DNA of 63,651 nt, filler included, from Octopus bimaculoides (taxonomy: Eukaryota), in assembly GCF_001194135.2 (NCBI RefSeq). It is 5 parts of 5 records of this genome, joined end to end, with 100 filler letters (N's around TTAATTAATTAA, not from the genome) between each part and the next. Parts side by side here need not be neighbours in the genome. Positions count along the whole stretch, not along the records: positions 1 to 26,656 come from NC_068989.1; 4 more parts are not named here. The stretch is one strand, 5' to 3'. Position numbers and translations under genes: made by a program. Positions 1 to 13,094 of the stretch are shown in pieces. Numbering within the stretch: the stretch's first letter is position 1; every line of letters starts with the position of its first letter. The notes under the pieces are model-generated. The model did not search any database. It was given only the letters and a program-made list of their open reading frames with translations, and was not told the origin of the DNA.

Positions 1-375
1 GTCTTACTCTGAGATCATTTTCCAACGGAAAAGAAGACAAAAGGAAAATGTGATCTCTGTGACACTCACATATCAAATTAGAATAGCAATTAAGAAAGAA
101 TGTGTGGTTATAAATCTATAGGAACGAGTGAAATAATAGTAATAATAATTCATACTAGAAATGACTAAAAAGAAAAAGAAGAGAAAGAAAATATGAAAAA
201 TCTATTTATCAATGTCTAATTTCGAGACATATTAAAAAAAGCCTTCTTACATAAAACAATGCGTTTTGCCTTTTTTTTTCTTTTTCTTTTTTTTTTGCTT
301 TCGTTGTAAGCGACTGTTGTATGCGAGGTGTTACTGTTTGATGTTAGATATAATTATTAAACAAAGGAATGTGTG

Positions 376-640
376 AGATGATGTTGGTGGTGGTGATGGT
401 GATGATGATAGTGATGGTGATGATGATGATCATGATCATGGTGATGATAATGACGATGATTATGATGATGTTCATGGTGATGGATGATGTCGATGATAAT
501 GATGATGTTGATGATGATGACGATGATGACGACGACGACGACAATGATGAGTTTGAGATGATGACGATGATGATGATGGCGGTGATGATAATGATGATAA
601 TAATAATAATAATAACAACAACAACAACAACAACAATAAT

Positions 641-685
<45 letters not shown>

Positions 686-718
686 AATAATAATAATAAT
701 AATAATAATCCTTTCTAG
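376..718. repeat. Compound trinucleotide microsatellite (GAT/GAC)n-(ATA)n-(ACA)n ending at an N gap
   Basis: Directly visible repeats. They explain the poly-M/D/I/T ORFs in the track. Confidence 0.95.
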
Positions 719-1073
719 NNNNNNNNNNNNNNNNNNNNNNNNNNNNNNNNNNNNNNNNNNNNNNNNNNNNNNNNNNNNNNNNNNNNNNNNNNNNNNNNNN
801 NNNNNNNNNNNNNNNNNNNNNNNNNNNNNNNNNNNNNNNNNNNNNNNNNNNNNNNNNNNNNNNNNNNNNNNNNNNNNNNNNNNNNNNNNNNNNNNNNNNN
901 NNNNNNNNNNNNNNNNNNNNNNNNNNNNNNNNNNNNNNNNNNNNNNNNNNNNNNNNNNNNNNNNNNNNNNNNNNNNNNNNNNNNNNNNNNNNNNNNNNNN
1001 NNNNNNNNNNNNNNNNNNNNNNNNNNNNNNNNNNNNNNNNNNNNNNNNNNNNNNNNNNNNNNNNNNNNNNNNN

Positions 1074-1074
<1 letters not shown>

Positions 1075-1143
<69 letters not shown>

Positions 1144-1343
1144 CTTTTGTACTCTAGACTCAAGGCCCGAAATTTTGGGGGGCTGGGGCGAGTCGATTAG
1201 ATCGACTCCAGTATGCAATTGGTACTTAATTTATCGACCCTGAAAGGATGAAAGGCAAAGTGGACCTCGGTAGAATTTGAACTCAGAACGTAAAGACAGA
1301 CGAAATACCGCTAAGCATTTCGCCCAGCGTGCTAACATTTCTT
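1075..1343 (-). mobile_element. SINE family A copy with (ATT)n tail; 5' end truncated within the A-box region
   Basis: Minus strand reads gttagcacgctgggcgaaatgcttagcggtatttcgtctgtctttacgttctgagttcaaattc (B-box GTTCAAATTC), then cctttcatcctttcagggtcgataaattaagtacc, then the 3' end gagtctagagtacaaaagatt and (ATT)n at 1075-1143. It matches other copies in the window. Confidence 0.9.
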
Positions 1344-1429
1344 CCGTTCTTCACGTTCTCGGTTCAAATTCCACCGAGGACAGGAAGTACAAGGCGTGAA
1401 GATCTCCATTACTGGCGCTGTCTGCACAC

Positions 1430-1720
1430 TCAACATAGATCCGAAGAATTTGGAACCGTATATATATATTAACTCTTTGGAATGTGTTCTGAGCTAGTAG
1501 GAGTGCATTCACGTCAACGAATAATGACCTACTCTTCCGTAATGTTGGGCAATGTCGTCTGTAGACGAAGATATACCACGTGGTACCTTACAATAGAGAC
1601 TTCTCCTCACACATCCCTAAAGACCACTATTTATATCCTCCCCTAGTTTTTGCCATGCGCTGTTAACAATATCCAACAACGGAGATAACTCCCTATCCAT
1701 AAAAACCCTGGAGCATCTCT
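1430..1720 (-). pseudogene. Possible highly decayed non-LTR reverse transcriptase fragment
   Basis: Broken minus-strand reading gives ELSPLLDIV, then FVY-DDIA, then KFFGSML, in the order and rough spacing of the RT motifs LSPLLF / YADD / KYLG. Many disruptions. Confidence 0.35.
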
Positions 1721-3952
1721 GTATATCATACCCTGTGTATCAAATGTGATACACAAGATGTATTTCACTGGCGTCCATGCAACATATCATCCACACTCCC
1801 AATTTTTTTCAACCATCGGTGTAACTATGAACTTATGAAAGGAAAGCTTTATATTACGTAGAACGTATGAAACAAAGATTATAAGTCTGAAAAACAAGCA
1901 TAGACATGTAGGACAAACTTATGAGAATTCTTTGACAGGCAAAGGGTTAGTTGGATGCATATCATTTTCCTCATGAAGTCCGTCAATAAAATGTAACTAC
2001 GAATGACATTATGAAATAATGTTCTTTCACTTGACACAATCGCATATTCTCTTTTTCTCTGCTGCCGCTAGTTCCTGTCTGCTGCTTTTCTCCAATGAAG
2101 ACTTGATTTCACAAGATATCAACATCAGGCTATTAGTTTCCAGTTGAGCTGTCTACTCGGATAAGTGCAGAGGTCAACTCTAACGTTGACTGCTTTCTTC
2201 CTAACCACCTTCTTCAAAAAACTCAAACACACTGTTGTCATTCTGAGAAAGTACTTTTCGACTCGTTATATAAACTTCGATATTCCTTATAGTTTTCTCT
2301 CTCACTCTCTTCGTTCTTTACATGTAAATGTTATTTACTATTACTTACATCGAAATACACAACCCATTATTCCTTATCGTTTCATATTCTTGGCCTCAGT
2401 CACTTCGATATTTTAATGTCTCGATGAAGTGAGAATATTTTCTTCGATGAGGTGACAACATAGTCTTCCCTAAAAGAATTACCAATAAAATAACCGCGTA
2501 TATCCATAAACAATCTTACTAAATTCGTCTATTCCTACTAATAAAAAAACCATTAATAGATTTCCCCACTAAACTTGGAAATATTTCGCCTCATAATGTT
2601 TAATGATTTTTCGTGTATGCCTTACATTTTATCCATTGCCAAAATTAATGCCAAGATTAGGGTTAATTTTTCAGATTCAGAAAATATTTCAATCTCATTC
2701 AATAGACAGTCCATTAGAAAAACTCACCTTTGACCCAATGTTGTGTAGTACTCGTGTTTCAGACGATGTTGTGTCACCAATATACGTCTATGATGTGTGT
2801 TTACGTATACGTGTGTGCGCGTGTGCGAGTGCGTGTGTGTGATATATTTGTGATATCTGTTGCATTAATGTGTCCCCAACCCCGCCGCCAAATTCTCTTG
2901 TCGATATAGCTAGCTTTCAGACCTGCATTGCTGACCTGTTACAAATATAAATATTTTTCTACGTAACCCTCTATTGTGCAAAGAGTTCTACTAAAGCACA
3001 CGGCAATCCAACTGCGCATGGATTCTTCATACATTTTCCCATTCACATATAGATTGAAAATTCTTTAACTTAGCCTAGTTAATCAAGCTATCTATTTTTT
3101 TTTCACACTCAAATTCACTTGCACGTGCAATAATTCTAATTTTAAATTCAAATTTTATCTATAAGTTTAATTTTATTCCGTTTGGATTCCCTTTCTTATC
3201 TGTCTTTATTTTCATTTTAATCCGACGTGGGATGCCATACGTAATTGTATTAATTAATTAATTTTATCTTTGTATTTCACTTTTAAAATTTTTGCTTACT
3301 TACCTAATACCTTGACACAAGAAACTCTTTCATTCATGCATGCACCTTTGCACGTACGCATTTCTCGCATCTAGATGTGCATGCTTCTAACCAAACATAA
3401 CATTGCTATTCCACTCGTTTGTGTATGTGGGTGCTTCCATTAATACATATACTCATGTAGGTTAACCATGACTGTATACCTGTAGATACTACGGTGGAGG
3501 CGCAATGGCCCAGTGGCTTCAGAAAGAGGAACTTAGAGCAGGAGAGAAAGAGGAAGACAGAGAAAAGAAGAATAGATACAGAGAGAGAGAGAAAGTGGGA
3601 AACGGTGAGTGACATAACAGAGTAGTTAATATCATGGTTATGTAAATCGGTAAAATGAGCGAACAAAAAATTGGTATTCGATATACGGAAATTATGACAG
3701 GATTTTATTATGTCAACGGAATATCGCATTAGAATCAACATACAGCAGATAAAGGACATCTGATTTGATTTATTATCCCGCGTTCGCCTGTGTAAAAATC
3801 TATACTAACTCCTTATATACGTAACCGCTGATTTCACTTTCATCTGTCGTCGTCCTCCGGCTGAGAAAACTGTCGCAAACGCGCAGGAGATTGCAACACT
3901 TCAAAATGTGCAAATTTCTCTAATGTAATAATAAAAATCATTATTATTATTA

Positions 3953-4032
<80 letters not shown>

Positions 4033-4209
4033 TAATAACGTTGTCGTTGTTGTTGATGATGATGATGATGTTGTTTGCTGTGGCACATTAACTCTCAAAG
4101 ACTTCGTTTATGAACATTCTCGATAGCAGTACCATCGTACTTTATATTCAAACTGGTTCATACTGCAAACATCACTCTGCTTGACCTCACTCTGTTTACC
4201 TCTATCTAT

Positions 4210-4266
<57 letters not shown>

Positions 4267-4904
4267 GTTATGGACGGACGATAGACACATCGGCTCCGTG
4301 TAAGTTTGTTTTTTATTGCCTTAAAAAGTTGTTTTGGGATTATATTTTCTATGTAAAACTTGTGCAACAACTGATACATTCAGTTGTGCAATTTGTTTGC
4401 ACAGGAAATCTGCCCCGTGTGGCGTATTTCCCAATTTTGTAAAATTGTTTTCGGCTTTCTTAGCCATATTCTTTTGTTGAGGATGGCGTCTTCAAACCAT
4501 GCAGACGATCTCAGAACGAACGCCGGTCTCCTTGGCAACTCTCTTTCGACGTTGATTTCCTTACACTCCCTTCACCACAGCTTCATGAAGGAGGGAAGAA
4601 AGGGAGAAGTATCACGCAAACAGGTGCAGGTGTGAGCATGAACGCTAACACCTCCACGACCAACACCATCACCACCACCTTCACAAATTTCGCTGAAGCG
4701 ATAAGACATTTAACGTAGCTCCTGACGGCGCCCAACATGACAATAATGTGCATTTAGCATATATTATACACTTTTGAAAATCTAGCGTGAAACCAGTTAA
4801 GAGAATTCGTATATTTTAAAATATAATTAAATTTTGATTAATTCTAATATATATTCTCTGGGCATTTTCAACTTAATTTCTTACGCGTGCGCGCACACAC
4901 ATAT

Positions 4905-5217
4905 ATGTATGCATGTATGTATGTATGTATGTATGCATGTATATATATATATGTATGTATGCATCTACGTATGTATGTATGTACGTATGTATGTATGTAC
5001 GTATGTATGTACGTATGCATGCATGTATGTATGTATGTATGTATGTATGTATGCATGTATATATATATGTATGCATGTATCTACGTATGTATGTATGTAC
5101 GTATATATGTATGTACGTATGTATGTATGTATGTATGTATGCATGCATGTACATATATATGTATGTATGTATGTACGTATGTATGTATGTACGTATGCAT
5201 GCATGTATGTATGTATG
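4905..5217. repeat. Degenerate (TATG)n/(TA)n microsatellite
   Basis: Directly visible. Source of the MYVC/HTYI pseudo-ORFs. Confidence 0.95.
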
Positions 5218-5352
5218 CTTGCTACGTTGATAAGTATCCCTTCTTTCTGGGAATGCAGTTGTCTTTCTCTTTTACTGTATGTCAACCGTTTTCTTTTACC
5301 TTTCTCCCTCATTCTTTCATACACTACCAGCTTCTTCTCCCAGTGACCCCTC

Positions 5353-5419
5353 TCTCACTCATTCACCTTTGTCTCACTCATTCACCTTTGTCTCACTCAT
5401 TCACCTTTGTCTCACTCAT
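5353..5419. repeat. 19-bp tandem repeat (tctcactcattcacctttg) x~3.5
   Basis: Three exact copies plus one partial copy are visible. Confidence 0.9.
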
Positions 5420-5614
5420 ACACTCTCTCATTCACTCTTTATTTATTCCTTCGCCTTCTTTCTCGTTAATCTCCTTTCAATTAAGTGTATTTGTTTCTCG
5501 TTTAAATACGTTTTATTGTAATAAATGGAAAGTTTAAATGACGTCATAGAATATTTTCTAAGGGAAGAGAAAGAGGGAAAGACAGGTAGAAAAGAGGTAA
5601 GAGGGATATAGATT

Positions 5615-5651
<37 letters not shown>

Positions 5652-6426
5652 GAGAGGATACAATAGTGAAGGAGAGAGTAGAAGTTGTAGACTTGTTGGC
5701 AAAGATTTAAGAAAAAGTATAGAGGGAGTAAAATGGAGCCAAAAGAAGAAAGATGTGTTGATGCATTACAAACAGAGAGAGAGGGGGTAGAAAAGGAGTG
5801 AGAGATGAAGAGCAAGTAAGCTTGTGAGCGATAGAGTAATATATGCAAGAAATTGGGAAAAAATGGTTCACATGCATGGACATAAAACTCATTTTATTTC
5901 AAGATTTTCATTGCGGAAGAATTTTACACATTATGGAATGTTAATGATGGTCCACAGAGATTTTGGAAAAACGGTCGGCTTCATTGTGTAGTGAATATCA
6001 ATAACCTGAATTCATAAATAAATATAAATTAATCAATCATCTTTGCGATCGTTTATCTGCATTCAGTATACTTCCTGGTTTATAAAGTACAAACATTTAT
6101 CTCCCTTGATATTCCCTCTTCAATGGCTGAACATCAAAAATCGCGCTATCACTAATGATTTCGAGGTTGTATAGGTGTTTAAACAATTTTTATCGTTCGT
6201 TTTAAAAGAGTTTTTATCGTCTTGTTCGAGTCATTAAAATTGATCGGTATACATGTTTTAATTGTTGTTTCTAGTGTTCGTAAACTGGTTGCATTTGTAT
6301 CTGGTGTTATATCTCATTACATCAAGCATGTCAGCACTCAACTTCAGTATGTTATACAGATGGAGCCTAATGGCAATCGCTGCAGTTAGTTTAAAATTCT
6401 GATAGAGCAGGATAATGCTAAAAACG

Positions 6427-6655
6427 TTCCAGCCGTGACAACCACGTATTTTCACATATCTAAGAGTGCATTGTGGAGGCGCGTGGCTTAGTTCTTGATT
6501 TTTGTTTTGAATGGTAAGTAATCCCTCCAAGTATTTTTAGTTCATCATTCTTCTAATGTCCTCGAACTAGTTTAACTCTTATTTCCTCCAATTTTGAACG
6601 TAAGGAATGAAATTTGAAGGAGATTTAACTACCATTTCTAGCTGACTAAGAGCCC
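6427..6655 (+). repeat. Dispersed repeat family E (ttccagccgtgac ... gagatttRRcTRc.atttctag)
   Basis: Shares motifs with ~19617-19770, ~36590-36650, ~56645-56700 and minus copies at ~35990-36229 and ~60065-60092. Confidence 0.55.
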
Positions 6656-7816
6656 TTTACATGGCGCCATTTTCGCCTGGTGGTATCTCTTGTTTGATGA
6701 TATCACTGGTTGGTTTTATAATGCAATTAACTTCGATATCAGATTAAAATTGTTGATGGTTTTCTTAGTTCTGTTTAATGGGGATAGCCATAATATAAGT
6801 TACTGTTGATCTGAATGCTTAAGCTGTTTCTGTAGTCGGCCTTGTTTACATTGAGAGGAACGCTAGAGACAGACACGGTTCAAACAGTATTGCCAATACT
6901 TTCGGTTATAGTGAAGTTGGTGAAAGATTAAAGATGCTGTTGTTTATTTTATTATTATGGTGGCTGATCTTGTTAGTTATCTTTAAACTTGGTGAAAGTT
7001 TAAGGATGCTGGTAGTTGATGCGTTGCTAGCAATACATCTGTTCTTATTGTTATTTTTATTGACTGGCGGCGGCGGCGACTGTGATGGTGGTGGTGGTGG
7101 CATCGGTGATGAATTTGGTGTCGGTGGCGTTTGGGTTTAGTCGTTGAAGTAGATAATAGTATATTGTTTGTGTTCGTTTCTGTGTCGACACGACGTGATG
7201 ACTATGTTTTCATGGCGGCAGCTCGGTAAAAATGAACGGCGAAAACATAGTTGTTATTCATATCATTACTGCAGTCGTTGTTGCTGTTGTTGTTGTTGTT
7301 GTTGTTGCTGTTGTTGCTGCTGCTGTTGGTTTTGTTTTGTCATTGTTGTTGTTAATGGTGCTGGTGATATCGCTGATAGTGCTATTGCTAGCAATATAAA
7401 ACGAAGACAAGATAAAAGAACCATATAAGATTATTGACTGTTACGATAACGTAAAAATCACGTGAAAGTAAGGAAAAGTAAAGAAGATTGAAAAAAAAAA
7501 AAGGCAAACATTAAAATAAAGTCGACCAGAATTCAAATCTCTTCTACTGATATAATGATCGTATGGTTTCACTGAAAGGTTTCGATAGTATCAAGGCCTA
7601 AAATCATCCAGATCGTTTTATATCACGAGAAAATGTAAAATGGTTGCAGAGACTACATTCTAGTAACGGATTTGCTGTCGATGATAAAAATAAAAAAACA
7701 AAATAACAGAAAGACGAATCTTGAGCTGTCTAACTTAACGCCTACTCTTAGTTGATGGTTCATTTTATATGGATAAAATACACAATCACACATACACACA
7801 TACGCACACACACATG

Positions 7817-7853
<37 letters not shown>

Positions 7854-8189
7854 NNNNNNNNNNNNNNNNNNNNNNNNNNNNNNNNNNNNNNNNNNNNNNN
7901 NNNNNNNNNNNNNNNNNNNNNNNNNNNNNNNNNNNNNNNNNNNNNNNNNNNNNNNNNNNNNNNNNNNNNNNNNNNNNNNNNNNNNNNNNNNNNNNNNNNN
8001 NNNNNNNNNNNNNNNNNNNNNNNNNNNNNNNNNNNNNNNNNNNNNNNNNNNNNNNNNNNNNNNNNNNNNNNNNNNNNNNNNNNNNNNNNNNNNNNNNNNN
8101 NNNNNNNNNNNNNNNNNNNNNNNNNNNNNNNNNNNNNNNNNNNNNNNNNNNNNNNNNNNNNNNNNNNNNNNNNNNNNNNNNNNNNNNNN

Positions 8190-8436
8190 TGTGTATATAT
8201 ATGTATGTGTGTATATGTTTGTGTGTCTGTGTTTGTCCCCCCACCACTGCTTGACAACCGATGCTGGTGTGTTTACGTCCCCGTAACTTAGCGGTTAGGC
8301 AAAAGAGACCGATAGAATAAGTACTAGGCTTACAAAGAATAAGTCCCGGGGTCGATTTGCTCGACTAGAAGGCGGTGCTCCAGCATGGCCGCAGTCAAAA
8401 TGACTGAAACAAATAAAAGAGTAAAAGAGTAAAGAG
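8190..8436 (+). mobile_element. SINE family B, 3' half downstream of a microsatellite/gap
   Basis: tgtttgtccccccaccactgcttgacaaccgatgctggtgtgtttacgtccccgtaacttagcgg...cagcatggccgcagtcaaaatgactgaaac plus a (GTAAAAGA)n-like tail. Near-identical to copies at 28639 and 49426. Confidence 0.9.
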
Positions 8437-8526
8437 TTATCGGTACACCTCTACCGAAACAACAAACCTTTCAACAACGTATGCCTGTCACTAACAAAAT
8501 ATTATCGGATCCTGTAACATAACATA

Positions 8527-8725
8527 GTGGAAGCGCCTGGCTTAGGGGTTAGGATCGTAAGATTGCAGTTTCGATTCCTGGACCGGGCGTTCACGTTGCT
8601 CCAGTTCACTCAGCGGACAAAATGAGTTGTCCTTCAATGGACTGGCATCCCATCCACGTGGGAAGTATATGCGCCACAGAAACCGGGAAACCGAGAAACC
8701 GGCCTTATGAGTCTATATGACTCGA
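8527..8725 (+). mobile_element. SINE family C (tRNA-like head), internally deleted
   Basis: Head ggaagcgcctggcttaggggttagg...gtttcgattcctggacc (A/B-box-like), then ttcacgttgctccagttcactcagc. Related to 11315-11490, 31188-31310 and 48255-48500. Confidence 0.7.
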
Positions 8726-9987
8726 GATTATCCTTTATTCGTTACTATTATAACATAATGAACTCAAATCTCATCAAAAACAAAACCTAATTATATACTG
8801 CAGGAAAATACTGGCGACATTTTCGAAATTATGTGTTAGGTTAATGACACTTCACATCATCAGATTTCAAAGTTCATTTAACGCTATACTTCTTCTAATG
8901 TTTAAGATCTATACTGATGAATCAAAATAGCCAAAAATATATGCTATTAGACTCTCCACTGAAGGTGGTCAGTTTGTATCTTATAAGAGAGTCGTCACTG
9001 CATTGATTTGTACAAGGGCATGAAAAGTCTACTCAGCTCAACAATTTAATATTTCTATTATCGTTTTGCGTTTCTTTTATGTTTGAGAAACCCATAGATT
9101 ATTAATGCTGTTTGTAACGAAGCTTTTTAGTGTGTCATATAATAACGTCTCACATTTATTGTCTTCTGCTATTCATCAATGGTTTCTCTTTAACTCGTAA
9201 AAGAACCGTCTTATCGGTAGGATTATTAAAGATAATCAAAAACCCTTATGTGTGTCTCTATACAGCTCACGTTTTACGGTTGCAATAAATTTAATAATTT
9301 TTTTTTTTTTATAGCTCATTTCTTATAGAAGCGGATCTTGATAAAGAGTGGTTCCTCAATAATCTTATCATATAAGAAATATGTTTCCATCGATCTTCGG
9401 TAAAAAGAATAACAAAAACACTAACTCATTCTATCGTTCCAAGTATGCTAATAGGAAACTCACCCCCACCCTACATCGTCATGTTGTTATGGAATATTCA
9501 AGTNNNNNNNNNNNNNNNNNNNNNNNNNNNNNNNNNNNNNNNNNNNNNNNNNNNNNNNNNNNNNNNNNNNNNNNNNNNNNNNNNNNNNNNNNNNNNNNNN
9601 NNNNNNNNNNNNNNNNNNNNNNNNNNNNNNNNNNNNNNNNNNNNNNNNNNNNNNNNNNNNNNNNNNNNNNNNNNNNNNNNNNNNNNNNNNNNNNNNNNNN
9701 NNNNNNNNNNNNNNNNNNNNNNNNNNNNNNNNNNNNNNNNNNNNNNNNNNNNNNNNNNNNNNNNNNNNNNNNNNNNNNNNNNNNNNNNNNNNNNNNNNNN
9801 NNNNNNNNNNNNNNNNNNNNNNNNNNNNNNNNNNNNNNNNNNNNNNNNNNNNNNNNNNNNNNNNNNNNNNNNNNNNNNNNNNNNNNNNNNNNNNNNNNNN
9901 NNNNNNNNNNNNNNNNNNNNNNNNNNNNNNNNNNNNNNNNNNNNNNNNNNNNNNNNNNNNNNNNNNNNNNTATATATATATATATAT

Positions 9988-10042
<55 letters not shown>

Positions 10043-11227
10043 AGATACATTTATATACATATACAAGAGTTACGGAATGGATTATGGCAAACACATACAC
10101 CCACAAACACACACACACACGTACACGCGCGCAAACACACGTACACCCGAACAATCAAACACGTGATGACATGATAACCATGCATGTGTATATGCATATT
10201 CGCAAGATGTTTACGGGTTCCTCACTCGATAAAGTCTGCTGACGACACTTGATGGGTTTTTATTATTCAGTTTCCTTTCCTGGCGTATCATTTAACATAG
10301 TTTTCCTCTTCGCTTTCAGTCTGGATGTTTATATACGGATTTCAATGTTAGCACACACACACACACAAACACATATAAACATCTGTATGTCTGCGTGTGT
10401 GTATCTGTCTACATTTGTGTATTATATATATATATATGTATGTATGTACAATTATAAGTATGCATCTATGTCTGAATATGTACGGAGTATGAGAGAAAGG
10501 CGGAGGGCGGGAGAAAGAGAGAGATATAGGTTTGAGTTTCCATATGTATATAGACTTAGCGCAGAATGCTAAGTTTATATATGTTGTAGACTTAATATCG
10601 ATAACAGACGAACCGATTCACGAAAGCAATTTCCATTTCCGGCCGTAACCAAATAACTTCAAACCAGTCACTAATTGTGATCCAGTGCTAAAATTGGTAA
10701 ATCTTTGGACAAAACTCCTTTGCGGCATTTTTTGTGAAGAGCCTCTATGAGTTCTAATCGTGTCGAAGGCGACTTCATACATAATCGATAACATAAAGTG
10801 TCATTCAGTGCACTGGAATTTTCTAAAACAGGTATGATCTAAATACAATAATTTGGCTCCTAGACCTTAAGTTTCATATATATANNNNNNNNNNNNNNNN
10901 NNNNNNNNNNNNNNNNNNNNNNNNNNNNNNNNNNNNNNNNNNNNNNNNNNNNNNNNNNNNNNNNNNNNNNNNNNNNNNNNNNNNNNNNNNNNNNNNNNNN
11001 NNNNNNNNNNNNNNNNNNNNNNNNNNNNNNNNNNNNNNNNNNNNNNNNNNNNNNNNNNNNNNNNNNNNNNNNNNNNNNNNNNNNNNNNNNNNNNNNNNNN
11101 NNNNNNNNNNNNNNNNNNNNNNNNNNNNNNNNNNNNNNNNNNNNNNNNNNNNNNNNNNNNNNNNNNNNNNNNNNNNNNNNNNNNNNNNNNNNNNNNNNNN
11201 NNNNNNNNNNNNNNNNNNNNNNTATAT

Positions 11228-11314
<87 letters not shown>

Positions 11315-11490
11315 TGTGTAGCACATGATCGGATAGTTAGTACGTCGTAGGGTTGCCCATTTGCAAGTGAGCAGAATCGAGCAATGTGAAATGAAGTGTT
11401 TCACCCAAAAACAAAACGTGAGGTTCGGTACGGGAATCGAAACAGGACCTAGCAATCGTGAGTGCAATATCCTACCACTAGGCGTTGCCT
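11315..11490 (-). mobile_element. SINE family C copy
   Basis: Minus strand reads cctagtggtaggatattgcactcacgattgctaggtcctgtttcgattcccgtacc...aaacacttcatttcacattgctc and ends at a (TCTA)n tract. Confidence 0.75.
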
Positions 11491-11517
11491 AGTGATTTCG
11501 ATGTTGCTCACCAGAAG

Positions 11518-11705
11518 ATTTATACATATACAATGTCCGGTTTCCGATGTCTGGTCGGCTGATCGTACTGGATCATGGCATCCAACAGGATTTTGCAATT
11601 CTTATTCTCGGTGACTCTTTCTGATTTTGCTCATACCACCTCTTTGCTCTTTGTAGGCCCTGATTTCCACAGAGCTTCCAATGGATCATTCTTGCCTCAT
11701 CGTCG
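11518..11705 (-). pseudogene. R4/Dong-like non-LTR retrotransposon fragment, region leading into the restriction-like endonuclease (RLE)
   Basis: With one frameshift: DEARMIHWKLCGNQGLQRAKRWYEQ / ERVTENKNCKILLDAMIQYDQPTRHRKPDIVYV. This matches the RHD..IHW.LC..WYEH.P..V.EN...KILWD..IQ.D....RPDIV pattern of R4-clade elements. Confidence 0.8.
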
Positions 11706-11719
11706 TCTCGTCATGTGTA

Positions 11720-12137
11720 TTCGCGTTGTAGAGGTATGGTTGTCCAGGGACTGATGATGGCGCTGCATTATTCCTTCCGCCTCTGACTGTGTCTTCAAGG
11801 GAGACACTGCGAGAGATTTCAAAGGAGGAGACAACATCGCTGATGGTATGGCCCCAAACAACATGGTCAGCTGTTAGAGTGGACCACTCGCGATAAGCAA
11901 TATCACAAACGCTAAGGTCCTTGTAACGCTTCTTTAGTGCCCCCCCCCCCCACTGTTGCGATGGCCAGTTGTGAGCTAACCGTACATGATGATCTTGGGT
12001 AGGCGGTGGTCTTTCACCCTGCCCTACGTAGTCGTACCTCAGGTAAAACGGCTTTCAGGCTGGTGACCATTGCTCGCTTGAGGACCTCAGTGTTGATGAC
12101 GTAGCCGCTCCAGTAGATGTTGAGGATGGTACGAAGG

Positions 12138-12140
<3 letters not shown>
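11720..12140 (-). pseudogene. RTE-clade LINE, C-terminal ORF fragment, 5'-truncated at an (AAT)n tract
   Basis: Broken reading CLRTILNIYWSGYVINTEVLKRA...DHRLPKIIMYG*LTTGHRNSGG..KKRYKD, typical of the RTE-1/BovB post-RT region. Confidence 0.85.
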
Positions 12141-12168
<28 letters not shown>

Positions 12169-12756
12169 GTTGTTGTTGTTGTTGTTGTAGTTATTGTTAT
12201 TGATATTATTATTATTATTATTGTTATTGTTATTATTATTATTACTCAACTTCTTACGGAATCATTTTAGGTGTTGTGTAGAGTGCACCAATTACCGCAA
12301 TCACAACTATTGCCTTTGTCTTCTACAATCTCCTCCCCTATTTCTCCCTCCCCCTCTCCCCTCTTCTTCTTCTTCTTCTTCTTCTCTCTCTCCCCCCTCT
12401 CTCTCTCTCTTTGGCTTGATGTTGATATTTCTCAGGTTTCTTAGTTCCTTTGATGTTCGTCCTATTAACATAACACTTTGCAAAGTCTATGATGCGGACG
12501 ATTGACAATATTGATAAAACGTTGAACGAAATGTTTGGCAGTACTTATTTATCTATCTTTATGTTTTTACTTGTTTCAATCATTAGACTACGGTCATGTT
12601 GGGGCACCAACCTGAAGAATTTTAGTCGAACGAATCGACCCCAGTACTTATTCTATCGGTCTTTCTGCCGAATCGCTAAGTTACGGGAGAAAGGGAGAGA
12701 GAAAGAGACAGCGAGGAGATATATATATATTTACACATATATACCTATATATTCCT

Positions 12757-12967
12757 TTCTACTTTTGGCACAAGGCCCGAGATTTTTGAGGGAGGAACGA
12801 ATCGATTAGATCGATCCCCAGTACACAACAGGTAATTAATTTATCCACCCCGAAAGGATAAAAGGCAAAGTCGACCTCGGTGGAATTTGAACTCAGAACA
12901 TAAAGACAGACGAAATACCGCTAAGCATTTCGCCCGGTGTGCTAACGTCTCTGCCAGCTCGCCGCCT
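12757..12967 (-). mobile_element. SINE family A, full head
   Basis: Intact head ggcggcgagctggcagagacgttagcacaccgggcg..., B-box gttcaaattcc, standard 3' end ggccttgtgccaaaagtagaaagg. Confidence 0.9.
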
Positions 12968-13007
12968 TTATATGGCTATATATTATGTGATTATTATGTA
13001 TTGAATA

Positions 13008-13050
<43 letters not shown>

Positions 13051-13060
13051 GTGGGTGTTG

Positions 13061-13094
<34 letters not shown>

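Noticed and set aside
344-1218. Long ORFs of poly-L/M/T/I/X
   Set aside because: They are translations of trinucleotide repeats and N gaps, with no coding signal.
4440-4600. Minus-strand VAKETGVRSEIVC..WFED, faintly homeodomain-like
   Set aside because: It needs a frameshift, lacks the WFQN/RR core and has stops in every frame.
4834-5537. Overlapping MYVC/HTYI-rich ORFs (also at ~17.6-19, 45-46, 52 and 58 kb)
   Set aside because: (TATG)n, (TA)n and (CA)n microsatellites are open in several frames on both strands.
7261-7330. Minus-strand polyQ-like CAA/CAG tract
   Set aside because: It is followed by in-frame stops, has no flanking coding context, and is an ordinary microsatellite.
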